Shown in pieces: positions 51,009 through 63,879 of a DNA stretch of 64,000 nucleotides. The notes beneath the pieces are model-generated. The model saw only the letters and a list, made by a program, of their open reading frames with translations, had not been told where the DNA came from and searched no databases. Made by a program: the position numbers and the translations under genes. Source of the DNA: Cetorhinus maximus (taxonomy: Eukaryota); assembly GCF_964194155.1 (NCBI RefSeq), contig NC_135879.1, positions 130,572,001 through 130,636,000 of the forward strand. Direction: 5' to 3'. Each line of letters begins with the position of its first letter. The stretch's first letter is position 1.

Positions 51009-51843
51009 CTAAAGAGAAGGCAAACTGCAAGTTAGGTGTCTAAGCTCAACACAGTAAAACAGCATGATGCTATACCTTCAATATTGTTACAACACCCCTC
51101 TATCTCCTTGAAAAAGTGTATTTTTAATCATACTTCAAAAGGAAAAAGCAGTTAATACGCTGCGTTTCGAATAAGTAGCACAAAAGTAACTACAACTAAA
51201 CAATTGTAAATGTGGTAATATTAAGCTGGTAATTTTCCAAGGTTAGATTTGTGGAGTAAACTAACATTCAATGTCCACATTTAACCATTTACATTGCCTC
51301 TTCTCAGCTCCCCCTAAATTGTTTTACTATACAGAATGAAGGTTCAGTGCTTTAAAAAACTTTTAACTGAAGTTCATAAATCACGTCAATTATTTCACTA
51401 ATAAATTCTCACATTGAGAATTCAAAAGCTTTTTGTAAAGGGTCTGTTCTCCACCTTTTTCAGGAGGATTGCATCACCTGGAAAGCAGAACCTTTCATGT
51501 GACAGATTAAGCAGGACAAAACAGTGTAGTTTTGTGAAAATTCAGGAAGCAAGTTTTAGGACTCCATGTTAGAACCTGTACTGCCTGATCACTTCACAAT
51601 TAACAGTTTAAAATACTTTTGAGATGACAAGAATTAAGAAACTACCTGTGCTACTATTCATCCTCTTACATCACCTTGCTTTTTGCTGAACTTTAAAGGT
51701 TTGTCATTACACAAGCAGCTTTGGAATTTAAAAAACTATTTGCCACATGCTCTAGTGAGGATGCTTTCTCTTCACATAACCCTGCACATGCCTGCTCCAG
51801 TGGAGAAGACACAAGGAACTTTCTAACCTTTAATCCATTATGT

Positions 51844-51996
<153 letters not shown>

Positions 51997-53375
51997 TCAT
52001 GCAAACAGGAGCTGAAAGGGAAACCAAAGACGACACAAATCTCATTGCAGCAGCACGTAACCCTTAAGTTGCCAATTAGAAACATCTGGTGCTCAATCAA
52101 CAACTCAAGAGTTAAGCCAAAAAGTAATTTTAAAAATCAAATCATAAAAGCAAAATTAAAATTTTAGGATTTTCACAATTTTGATGAACAGGATACCCAT
52201 GGAAAATAACAAAGAGAAGGAGCAAGCAGTATTGTATTGGTTTAAATTTTGAATCACCATATCAAGAAATCAACTTTCAACATCATCTATAAGGCTTGGT
52301 GAAGGAAGGAGAGATAGCCAGACAACAAAACTGAAGCCAGTGAGTAATCTATAATCACTGCCATATCTATCAACACAACAGCATCATTGACAGGCTGAAG
52401 TACACAAAGTAGGAGCTGTTTTCTAATGCAAATGGTAAAGAAACCAAACCATGTTTTAAAAAAGTTACAGAATGGTAAAGAGAAACTACATCAGGTGCAA
52501 GACCGTGTTGAAATGGGCAGGTGAAATGATGTGGGAAAAAATTGGAAGAGAAATGGGATATCAAGAAACAGCAGATGTTTCTCTGGGGAATGCAGATAGC
52601 TTATACATTAATATTCTTGAGGACATGTCAAATTTGCATTAAATGCTCTTAAGGGGTGGGGAAAAAGTTATCCAGAATTTCCCCAGAGAATCATCAAATC
52701 TGAATGATAAACCTGAAAACTGGCATACTAATCAAGAAATTGCAAAATTTGTGAAAGAAAATTGATTCAAAGTTATTTGAAAACATGAGGAAGTCCCTGA
52801 GGCAGCCAAAGGCTACAATCTTTAGGCCAGACCAGAAGACAAGAGCAGCCATTCAGATCACCAAACTTCACCTCAAATCATGATTAGAGGAGGAGACTAA
52901 TTTTACAGGCAGTCAAAACCCAGGACATTTCATCGATGAAACGATTTGTTCTATTAGGAGTCTTCACAAATTTCACCTTCATCTGCATAAAGGGGAAACA
53001 TCACACTTATACCCATAGGTTCCATGTCTACAAGTTACCTGAAAGGTAGGAATGGAAGTTACCAATGCATTAAATAACCATTTTAATCTTTCACTAGCCT
53101 CTGGAGTTGAGGGCTGGGGACTGGAATATGTCAAACACAAATTTACCACTTGAGGGGGCAAACTGAAATGTTTAAACACATTGAGGAAAGTTAAATAAGA
53201 GAAAGATCTATTGGAGAAATAGGTAGAAAAACAGCAGCCGGCATAATTCAAGAGGGAGCTTTGTTCAATTTAAAATACAACAGAAAAGCAGGAAAGTAGA
53301 ATATCCATCAGTAAAGAGATCTTCCAAAGTTATGATGTTTTTCTTTTGCGATGCGAATGGGCCAGTTTAAAAAAA

Positions 53376-53715
53376 AATTCTCTTTTGTGGGATGTGGGCA
53401 TCACTGGCATAATAGCCCTTGAACTGAGTGGTTTACTAGGCCATTTCAGAGGGCAGTTGAGAATCAACCACATTGCTGTGGATTTGGAGTAACATATAGA
53501 AGAGATGGCAGTTTTCTTACCTGAATTCATTAAAAAATCAGATGGATTTTTTATGATAATCACCAATAGTTTCATGGACACCATTAAAGACTAGCTTTAA
53601 ATTCAATTACTAAAATCTGGAATTGAAGTTCCACCAGAATTTGAACACATGTCCCTAGAGCATTAGTCTGGGCCTCTGGATTACTAGTCTAGTGACATTT
53701 CCACCATCTCATCTC
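53376..53715 (-). mobile_element. tRNA-derived SINE (LINE-shared tail) in an RPL9 intron
   Basis: Head cagagcatta..ctgggcctctggattactagt and tail tgggatgtgggc.tcactggc. Confidence 0.8.
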
Positions 53716-54292
53716 CCACAACTGGAGCTTTCTTGCTAAAGAATATGATAGCAGAGGGAGATAATACAGTAGATATCAATAGAAAAATGAGGGTAGTAAG
53801 AAATGGAATCATGCACTGATTAGAATCCTTTTGGAAGCTACATGTGCTGCTGACCACCTTAGTCAAGGAAAGCAATTGTGCGAACTAAGATTGTTTGTCA
53901 TGAAGACTTTAGAAATTAGGCTGGTTAGAAAGATTTATGGTTCAACAGGTGGTTTTAAAAATGAAGACAAAGGTGTCCAGTTAACCAAGATGAGTTTTGA
54001 AAAACATCTGAACTGCCATGATGGAGGAGGAGGGTAGGGCTGAGATCATGAAGCAGCAAATCATACAGATTATATGTAAAATATAACGAGTTAGCTTTTA
54101 CTTCAAGTACTCCTTTTCACTATACAAACCCTTAATGCTACAGATCACCCGTATCCATGAAAAGTAAACTGCCTTTTCACTTTGCAAGTTAGTTTATAAG
54201 GTTTGGGGATGATAAGTCAGTCAACAATATACTTCCAGTTCTACTCCATGTGTCTTTAATAGCCAGGCAGCCCAAATTACTGCAGAATACTA

Positions 54293-54400
<108 letters not shown>

Positions 54401-54434
54401 TTACAATGGAGTATTTTCCTCAAAAACAGTCTCA

Positions 54435-54596
<162 letters not shown>

Positions 54597-55290
54597 CTAA
54601 TTTGGGAGAACAGAAAAAGAAAAGTCAGACATGCTTTAGACATTTAGCCCAATATTGTTGAAATAAAATGGCTTACAATTAGCCAACTTAAGAGAATAAA
54701 TCTTAGCTACTTGCTCACCAGAATTTAAAACGGAACATTTGGTTTTATTGAAAAACCTTTTAGCTATGACATCAAGGATGCTCCAAATATGGTTTAGGAA
54801 AATCTGCCACATCAGCATTAGAGCAAAATACAGATGCTTGATGATCAACCTGAAACATAACTGTTTCTCGCTCCACAGATGCAGCCAGGCCTACTGTGTA
54901 TTTCAGCATTTTATTTTCATTTAGGTCTCATTTTACATCTGGAATGAGTGATTTCAGGATCATGAAAGCCAATGGGTCTCCCACCCTTGGTGTCTCAGTT
55001 GGCTAATGGAGTATCTAAGCCACAGACATGGAGGATACCACGCTGATGTTAAGCTAGCCAACATCTGAAACAACGGTAGCCTCTGGGTTATGCAAAAAGA
55101 GAGCAAAAAGTAAGAGTACCATTCTTGATTGCCCGAGACTACACAGGCAGATGGATTGGGGTAGGTGGCCATAGCCACCTGACACTCAGGTACTTGAGAA
55201 CACCTGGTGTCCATGGAATTGTATACGAACCAGGACTCAAATTCAGCATAAGGGGGAAAACTGCAAAGACACGTTGAGCAACCGAATTCA

Positions 55291-55509
<219 letters not shown>

Positions 55510-57149
55510 TTAACTAAATTAAATCTACAAAAGAAAGTTAAAGTTGCACCATTATATACCAGAAATCAACTTGCTTTTATCGCATATTACGAAACCAATT
55601 CCATAACAGTATATTCTGCCACTGATACAATAATATACTGAATTATAAAGTTGGTGCTTCCAATCGCTATAAATCACAACCTTAACTCAATTTCTACAGA
55701 AATATCGTGCAAACGAAGATTCAAGAATGGTAATATCGCCTGTTCTCTCATCTCAAGTTGCAGGTTTCAGAGAAATACTAAAGATGTACCCTTCAGCTGA
55801 TGGCAATATGTGGAGACCAGGAAATGTTTGGATTGTCAAAAAACAGATAAGCCTGGCAACCTGTCAATTCCAAAATGGCAGCATTGGCAATCAAGGTTAA
55901 AGTGCGGAAGTTGCACAAAATAAACTCAAAATACCCAAAACATGTCAAGAGCACCATTTCTGAATTGTGAAAATTGATTATCCAAATCATAGGAAGGTTG
56001 CAAGGGCACCTTTTCCAAAGTGTGTCCATCATTTTTAGCACATCAAACTGACTTGACATTGATCTGAGACACCCCAAAATTACCAACCAATAAATGCAAA
56101 AGTAAAGCAGTGGTTCTCCAGGAGTACAAATATATGCAATTAAATTAATTCTGTTCGTGAGTATACACTCAAATCTTAAGAGGAATGTTACTGCATCTTC
56201 ACCCTAACTTCACCTTTAAAGGTATAACCAATTTAAAAATCCCAAGTTTGAGGAAAAATCTGTTGATCCAGGAAGGGCTAAGACATCAAATCATTCAGTT
56301 GTTTTACAACTCTGCAGTACTGAAAGACAATTATCTTGTGCTGAAAACTTCACATTCACTACAAACACACCTTACAGTCAAAAGCCATGAGCTTTAGTAT
56401 AATGATAGACATAAATAAAACATCTAATTTAGACACCAGAGTTACACAAGGTAGTGCTTGACCTGGTCCAACACCGACCCTTACTGAGGTTGAGCCACAG
56501 TAAATCAGTATTGCAAAGCAGCATTTCGCAGTTTTGGTTCTTGTGTCAGACCAGCACCACTTTATTGACCACTCACATACCTAGCGAACAAAAAGTCAAT
56601 GTAGAATATGGTCTACCCAGAGCGAGTTATGGGAGAATTATCCCTTCTCCAAATCACTTACACTCCTTTCATACTGTCCCCGCAATCTCCCATTCCTCAG
56701 TCAGCCCTGAAGCACACTTTCTTTTCACCCATCTGCTCCAACATCTCTTGAACATTCCATCCCCTAAAACACTCCATTTGCCTTTTTGATATCAAATTAT
56801 ATTTTTACCAACATCACCCTACTTTTCATCTATCCACTTTACTTTCTCCATACTTCTCCAAAACCATCTCAGAACTCAGGAAGCCTCACCTCTTCCCATT
56901 AATATAATTTCCTATGTTGCTTAGGTTTAAGCAGAAAGCAAACTATAGCATCTGCTCCCTGAAGAGGGCTCCAAAATGATCTGACTGTCCTAGCATAAGT
57001 TGCCAAACATGCAAGGCAAATGAGGGTCCATGAAACAACTAGATCAAGATTGCCATACCAGCAAATTTATAAAAATGGTCAGAGGTTTGGCACCCTTGAT
57101 TAAAAATATATTCCAACGCTGAGCCAAAACACCTACAAAGAGTAATACA

Positions 57150-58010
57150 CTTAAGACCTGGCGCAGTGACAGCACACACTTCCGAATCAAAGCCTGGGTT
57201 CAAATGACATGAGTGCATAATCTAAGCTGGCAATACTGAGGAACTGCTGCATTGTCAGATGCACTGTCTTCACTAGGACACACCAAGAATGTGTGTGTGT
57301 TGATGGGGTGAAAAATACAAAAGATTCATGGCACAATTCAAAGAGCCATGGAGCTTGCCTGGCCAATATTTGCCTCAATCTTCCAAGAACAAAACAGGCC
57401 AGGTATCTAAATTGGGTGCATAAATTAGTTACTGTTGTACCTGCAAATTAGTGACTGCACTTCAGTCAATTCACTTGATTTAGAGATATTTTGAGATATC
57501 CCATGGAACATGAAAGAACGCATGCTCTTTATAAAAGAGGCCTTTAGACAACTGCAAGTGGGAACTTCCCAATAGATTTCAATAGTGAACAGAGAGAACT
57601 TAGCCTTTTCAAGATGTCCCAAAGAGTCCCTAGACTAATTATTGAAGTGTAGGTACATGTTTCGAAGGCCAACACAGCAGCTAAATTGCAGACAGTAAGG
57701 TTCTACAAACAGCAATATGAGCAATGGTCAGCTAATCTGCTTGCATGTGTGTGATGGACGGATGCATACCAGAACAAGAGGACCAACTGCTCTTACTGTG
57801 GGATATACCCCCTCAACTTGAGCAGACCGACAAGTTATCAGTTTAATGTCTCATCTGCAAGTCAGTGTCGCCAACATTTTTCTGCACAGTTCAGTCTGTA
57901 TACACAGTATTGAACAGTCGCCATGAATTATAGACTCAAAATCACAGGAATGGATCTTGAGCCTTTAAGCCTCGCACTCGAGAGCATAACTACTAATGAA
58001 CCAAGCTGAC
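57150..58010. mobile_element. Two old DeuSINE-like copies in opposite orientation (~57150-57550 +, ~57600-58010 -)
   Basis: tRNA-like head (ggcgcagtg...gggttcaaat) then actgagg.actgctgcattgtc; the reverse copy has acagcagc.aa.ttgca.acag.aag..ctacaaacagcaat. Further copies at 58590-59110 and 10750-11795. Confidence 0.55.
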
Positions 58011-58111
58011 ATTGAAGTAAGACATACCAAGGTTTCACTCAAGTCCTGCAAAACAATCAATATATCCTAGACAATGTTTCCACCAAATGTTGAACAGATA
58101 CACAAACTTAC

Positions 58112-58227
58112 CTTCTTTTTCTTGATGCCAAGAAGGCTGAGTTCAAGGTTGATGTGGTTAAATTCCCTGCGCAATGTTCCTCGAGGCCCCTTTACAATGA
58201 CAGTGCGGCCTTTCAAAGTCACATCAA
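58112..58227 (-). CDS. RPL9: RPL9 exon 3
   Basis: (V)[38 protein letters not shown]; cag| and |gtaagt; 116 nt. Confidence 0.96.
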
Positions 58228-58319
58228 CTGTAAACAAAAAGAGACAATGCTAGTTACAGCACGAGATTCAGTAATTGATTATAAAGCTTTGATAAAATGT
58301 TAGAGGAAGATGACTATAC

Positions 58320-58365
58320 CACTGTCAGGAATGTCAACAATCTGGTTGCTGAGAATGGTCTTCAT
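58320..58365 (-). CDS. RPL9: RPL9 exon 2 (start codon)
   Basis: cag|A ATG: MKTILSNQIVDIPDS; donor G|gtatag; 46 coding nt. Confidence 0.95.
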
Positions 58366-59700
58366 TCTGCAAAACAAAATGGTTTAAAACACAGTAAAAA
58401 GCAATGTAACACCTTAATTTACACAGATAAACTCCCAAGCCAGCAGGTATCACAAAACACTCCACTGTGGTGAGCACCACAGAAAAATATCTTAAAGACA
58501 ACGTTTTTATTAATGTTCCCAATATGGGTGCAGTACTGAGAATGCTGTATTTGGATCAGATGTTAAACTGAGACAGACTTGTAGTGTCTTTCATGATATC
58601 CCAAAGTGCTTTACAGCCAATTAAGTACTTTTTGAAATGAAGTCACTGTTGTAACGTAGGAAACACAGCAGCCAATATGCACACAGCAATTATAAAATGA
58701 CCAGTCAATCTTTTTTGTGACATTAGTTGAGGGACTAGCATTGGCCAGGACACCAGGAATAACTTCCTTGCCCTTCAAACACTGCCAACGGATCTATCAT
58801 ATTCACCTGACAGGGAAGATGGGAATTAAGTTTAAAGACTCATTCAAAAGACACCACCACCAATAATTCAACCTGGATTGTGCACTCTGGGCTCAGGCCC
58901 CATATGTCCTCACAGGTAGGCACTGTCAATCCCATGGGACGACTGGAATAGCAAGGAGGCTCGGCCAACATTTACCTCAAAACCAACACCACTAATCTTT
59001 GTTGTCAGTTAGGACCCTGCTGTGTACTAACTGACTGTATATTCCTCAGATCACAACAATAACTTGACTTCGAAAATATTTCACTGGCTGTGGGGCGTCC
59101 ACTGGAAGGCTCCACACCAGGTCTGCAATGGTAAGACAGTAGTTCGGCATATTACGCTGAAAGTTATGAGGTTGCATTTTAAGTCTGAAAGCAGATTTCA
59201 GCGGTGTCACTGGGAGTTTGCGAAAGGGAGGCCTCCAAATGTATTTATATCAGTTCGAGTTACAAAGTGGAAGACTCAAGGCACCAGTGTGTTATTACAA
59301 GGTGACAACAACGGTTGTGAAGGGATCTGGAACACTTGCATTCAGCACCTACAACCCTGATCTTCTTAGTCACTGCTAAAGCTCCATTTGGCTCCGTGAA
59401 CTATCTGCGCTCTTCACCTTCCCCTCAGCGCGGTCGCACTGAGACTCAAACAGCATCAGCCTCTCTAACAACATGGACAAGCGGCCCACTCCCTCTCTGG
59501 GCCTGAAGCGCAGGGCCGGCCTACCACCACAAAACACCCGAAGTTAACCCGCATCCTGCGCAAAAACTCCAGAAATACTGCCCTGAGCTACGGCACTGAG
59601 ATATCCGCTTCCCGTTACCGCCGACCCCGGCCCCGTATACGCCAAGAGACAGCCGATGAAAGCGGATTCCCTCGGAGCTAATAAACACCCATGGCCTCAC

Positions 59701-59800
59701 CTCGCTCAAGATGGAGGAAAGGAAATCACTTTCCAGTCCGCCCACACTTGTAGGGGGCGTCCTGCGTCACAAGTAAACGTCATCACGCACAGCACCCGCC
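59701..59800 (-). promoter_or_regulatory. RPL9: RPL9 promoter and non-coding exon 1 with TCT/5'TOP tract
   Basis: Revcomp TTTCCTTTCCTCCATCTTGAGCGAG|GTGAGG: pyrimidine initiator, YY1-like CCATCTT, donor at 59700; GC box and TGACG half-sites upstream; locally CpG-rich. Confidence 0.85.
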
Positions 59801-61428
59801 AAGGCTATCACTTCTGGCAGATTTTCTCACTTAGCTCCCATTCATTGCTCAACCTACAGGAGCATTCAGTTTATCTGTTTACTAATTTACAGTTTTACTT
59901 CATTAATTTCCTGTGATATTTCCGGCTATTTCATTAGTGCATTTAAATAGTTTACATTACAGATTTTTAAATATATATTTCTTCCTTTGCTTAATTTCTT
60001 TTGTAGAAGTTTCTGACTTCTGACAAGAATAAAATGGCTCCAAAGGAACTGTCAGAGACACATCTATTTATGTAATTAAAAAATACTCACCTGGACATGT
60101 CAAGGGACACATGCAGGCAACTTTCATAAGGTTGGATAGCTTTGATGCCTCTGTAAGATCCAATGAAAAAGAAAGACAATGTGGAATCCCATCATCAACC
60201 TTATTTTATGGTCTTCAATGTTATTATGAAGGGGGTATATTTGAAAGAGTCAAACAGTGCATTACTCAAAGGATGGAAAATAATTGTTCTCCTTCTCTCC
60301 TTCGGTCCAAAGAAGTCATATTGAACTGGAAACGTTAACTCTTGTTTCTTTCTCCACAGATGTGCCAGACCTGCTGAGTTTTTCCAGCATTTTCTGTTTT
60401 TATTATGTTAGATCAGTGGAACTTGGTTCTGGCAGTAAAATCCCATAAAATTCAGCTGGTCATAATGCAATAATGTGGCTCATATTTTGGCAATTACAGA
60501 TGAATGTTCCACAGTTCTGCGCATCTGTGTGCCAATTGTAATCTTGGCTCCTCACTATTGTGTGCATACAATTCTCCAGCTAGTCAGGCCTCACCTGACA
60601 AGCTGCCCCTGTGCCAGATTTTGGATTCAGATGTATAAATGAGGCCTGACTTGACTTCAGGAAAATATGTTCATTTGATTTCTTAGTTCTCGCTGAATAC
60701 TCATGCGTTTGTGATTTAAATATTGGTTATTATCAATTTTGCTTCTGAGTTAATCTCACAGAAAGTAGATAACTTGCAATGAGAAAGAAGAATCAGGCGG
60801 AGAAAGTGAGAAACAGAGAAAAACAACTTACTGTTCCACAGCACCCCATATGTGCACAGAAAAAGTTAAGAGCCGTGAGCAAAAAGTAAACACCGTGTAG
60901 GAGGGCAAAAGTGATAATGAAGTGTTGGCAGGGGAAAAGGCCAGAATTGTTGGAGAAGGGAGTGTGAGAGGACAGAAGCAAAATTGCTGAAAATGTAGCT
61001 ACCAATAATGCCACACAAGGAGCAAGGAAGAGTAGGCTGGTATTGAAGAGGAAAGGCCTATGTCTGGAAGTGGTGGGGCCAGGAATAGAGATTGTGCAGT
61101 TAGCAGTTAAGTGGAAGGGGTCAAACAATGTGTGGGTCTCATGGACAAGATTAGTTCAGAGATAGCATGAGGGAAGGTGAGATTTCTATTAGATATTAAT
61201 ATTGCTCAGTTTAGTATAGCTGATATTTATTTGTAGTTGATAGTTAGGTTTTCGCTTATGCCTCTTATGTATTAATTCTTAATGCACTTCTGCTGTCACA
61301 ATTACGCCCACACTATTTTTAAATCTTTTATCCTGGATGAAATTGCTTGCTCAATCAAGCAAATTTTCCATCCCTTAATGCATTTGTGGTTATGGGAACC
61401 TGCTATTCCCCAACTAGCTGTAGCTTTT

Positions 61429-61790
61429 TAACTCTTTCATGGAATGTGGGCGTCACTGGCAAGGCTGGTATTTGTTGCCCATCCCTAAATGATAGGCCAT
61501 TTCAGAGGGCAGTTAAAAGTTAACTACATTACTATGGGTCTGGAGTTACATGCAGGCCAGACCAGGTAAGGATGGCAGATTACCTTCCTTAAAGGATATG
61601 AGTGAACCAGGTGGGTTTTTATGACAATCGATGTAGTTTCATAGTCACCACTACTAAGACTATTATTCAATTCCACAATTAGTCCACCGCCTGCCATGGT
61701 GGAATTTAAACCCGTGTCCCCAGAGCATTAGCCTGGGTTTCTGGATTACTAGTTCGTTGACATTCCCACAAGGCCACCCACCGTCTTCCA
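61429..61790 (-). mobile_element. tRNA-derived SINE between RPL9 and LIAS
   Basis: Same family as 53376-53715. Confidence 0.8.
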
Positions 61791-62124
61791 TTTTTTACTG
61801 CCTATATATCAAATGCCTGCAAACTCCGAAATAAATCCTGTGGTTGCAAAATCTTGGCTGTCCTGAGGGTGTGAAAGGCAAAGCTAAACTTCTTAATGTC
61901 TTCTCCTGCGTCAAGGTTAAAATGTTACAAAACATTAACTGCAATTATCTGAAACAAAACTCAGACGAACTGAACAAGAAGCTATGCAGCGATGCGTCCA
62001 AATAAACGGGCCAGTGAAGTGACAAAGGTGATGAATGACACAGGAGCTGCGGCTGCTGCGGCTGCCGAGACCAGCGGGTGGCGCTGTGACTGGAGTTGCT
62101 GCCGGCTGTGCCACTGAGGCCGAC

Positions 62125-62181
62125 ATGAAACTGCTGCAACTGGGCTGCTCGGTCCCGGCTGCTCGGTGCTGGCTGATACAG
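62125..62181 (+). CDS. LIAS: Probable lipoyl synthase exon 1 (mitochondrial presequence start)
   Basis: gacATG MKLLQLGCSVPAARCWLIQ with strong donor CAG|GTGAGT in a CpG-rich patch; acid-free, presequence-like peptide. Identity rests on the known head-to-head RPL9/LIAS synteny; no catalytic domain lies in the window. Confidence 0.6.
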
Positions 62182-62700
62182 GTGAGTCAGACCCCGGGGA
62201 GAGAACCGGGATTGGGGCCTCACAACGGGCCGGCGGTTACCTGTCACAGCGATTGTGAGAGAGAGAAATTGGAGGGAGAGGGGGGGAGGGGTATAAATAA
62301 GGCTGAGCTCGTGGCAGTGCTTTAGTGCTTCAACTTTGGTTTCATAATTTTATTTTTTCTCTCTCTGTGTGCGCAGCATTTTGTCCTGATGCTGATTACA
62401 AAACAATGACAAGCAAATGGCCAACTGTGTGGGTGAAGATCAGGGGGGGTCTGCCTTCCGTTGTATATCTGGACATTGGTGGCCCCTCTTATTCTTACTA
62501 ATCGTGACTTTGACTAGAGTGCTGCATTCTTGTTTGACCATGATTGCCGAATTAAACAAAGTCCATCTAACCTGAAACCAAATGGTATAGCTATTGATTT
62601 TTTTTTAAAAAAAAGCATTGCTTACCGCAAAACATTTGGGCCTATTGCACTGAATCATTGCATAAAACAAAAAAAAATGTTTTTAGCCTTAATATTATCA

Positions 62701-63050
62701 TCTCCAGATGAAACTCTTTCGAGTTATCAACAGTCACAGATTGCAACTCTTTCGAGTACAATCACAGTTCTTGGTTTCCGGGAGTGGGACATGAACCCAC
62801 AACCCTCTGATTCAAAGGCGAGGGTGCTATGAACTGAGCCACAGCTGACACCTCTCCAGATGAAACTCTTTCGAGTTATGAAACTCTTTCGAGTTATCAA
62901 CAGTCACAGATTGCAACTTGTTCGAGTACAATCACAGTTCTTGGTTTCCGGGAGTGGGACATGAACCCACAACCCTCTGATTCAAAGGCGAGGGTGCTAT
63001 GAACTGAGCCACAGCTGACACCTCTCCAGATGAAACTCTTTCGAGTTATG
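62701..63050. repeat. Recent 170-bp tandem duplication containing a SINE head
   Basis: 62711-62880 is nearly identical to 62881-63050; contains a minus-strand tRNA-like head tgtggctcagtt...gggttcatgtccc. Confidence 0.9.
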
Positions 63051-63669
63051 AATATGCACCTTGTTGCATCCTATTGAAATTGAAAAGCTATAAGAATGGG
63101 GAGGCTGTGGGAGGAGGGTGGTCAAATTTAAAACTCTTAGATTGTCTATCATAGATAGTAAGACAGTTTTGATTAGAAGCTCTTTACAGTTTCCCGAAGC
63201 ATTTAATGCTGCTTTTCAGAGGCATGCTGTTATGTTCTATGTGTTGGTACTTCATTTGGCCTTTCAAAATTGAAGAGTTTAATAATGTATCATCAAAAAT
63301 TGTGCACTTTTTTGTGCATGATATAAATCATATAGGTGTTATGGTTAATAAACGTCATTATTCTTCTGTACTTGTAAGACGAAAACAAAAAAATAGAATT
63401 CAGTAGTGACTTGTACCCAATATTTAACTTGTTTTGTATATCTAGTAGAAAACATTATGGATAGAAATAGGCCAATGAGGGAGTGAGCAAAATTTTTCAT
63501 GCATGTTGCAAATGAAGCCTAGTCTAAATAATCTTGTCTGTAAAGAGTTTATATTAAAGAAGATAGAAAAGATGATTGCTGAATCCCAACCAAACTTGTA
63601 TTAAGCATTTAGCACTGTTAAAGTACTGGAGAATAAAAAAAATTGAGATAAGTGCCACATCTGTGTTTG

Positions 63670-63879
63670 AGGGCTCCATCAGCACTATCCCAGCCACAAA
63701 TCTCAGAACCTTCTGACACTGATGCAGTACAAATTTATGAGTGTAAAGAGACTATCCCAGTCTACTTATCACCGTGGCCATCCTTTTTACCTAAAGCTCT
63801 TTACACTCATATAAATTCGTATTGCTTCAGTGTCAGAAGGTTGTGAGATTTGTGGCTGGGATAGTGCTGATGGAGCCCT
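63670..63879. repeat. Near-perfect inverted repeat (~82-bp arms, 46-nt loop)
   Basis: 63670-63750 is the reverse complement of 63797-63879 with about 4 substitutions and a 2-nt indel. Confidence 0.92.

Noticed and set aside
60793-61128. Hydrophobic 111-aa ORF between RPL9 and LIAS
   Set aside because: It is the antisense reading of purine-rich low-complexity DNA, with no recognisable domain or splice support.
62701-63050. Palindromic repeat with GAAAC resembling a CRISPR array
   Set aside because: The spacers are duplicated and irregular, one is a SINE head, there are no cas genes, and the context is a vertebrate intron.
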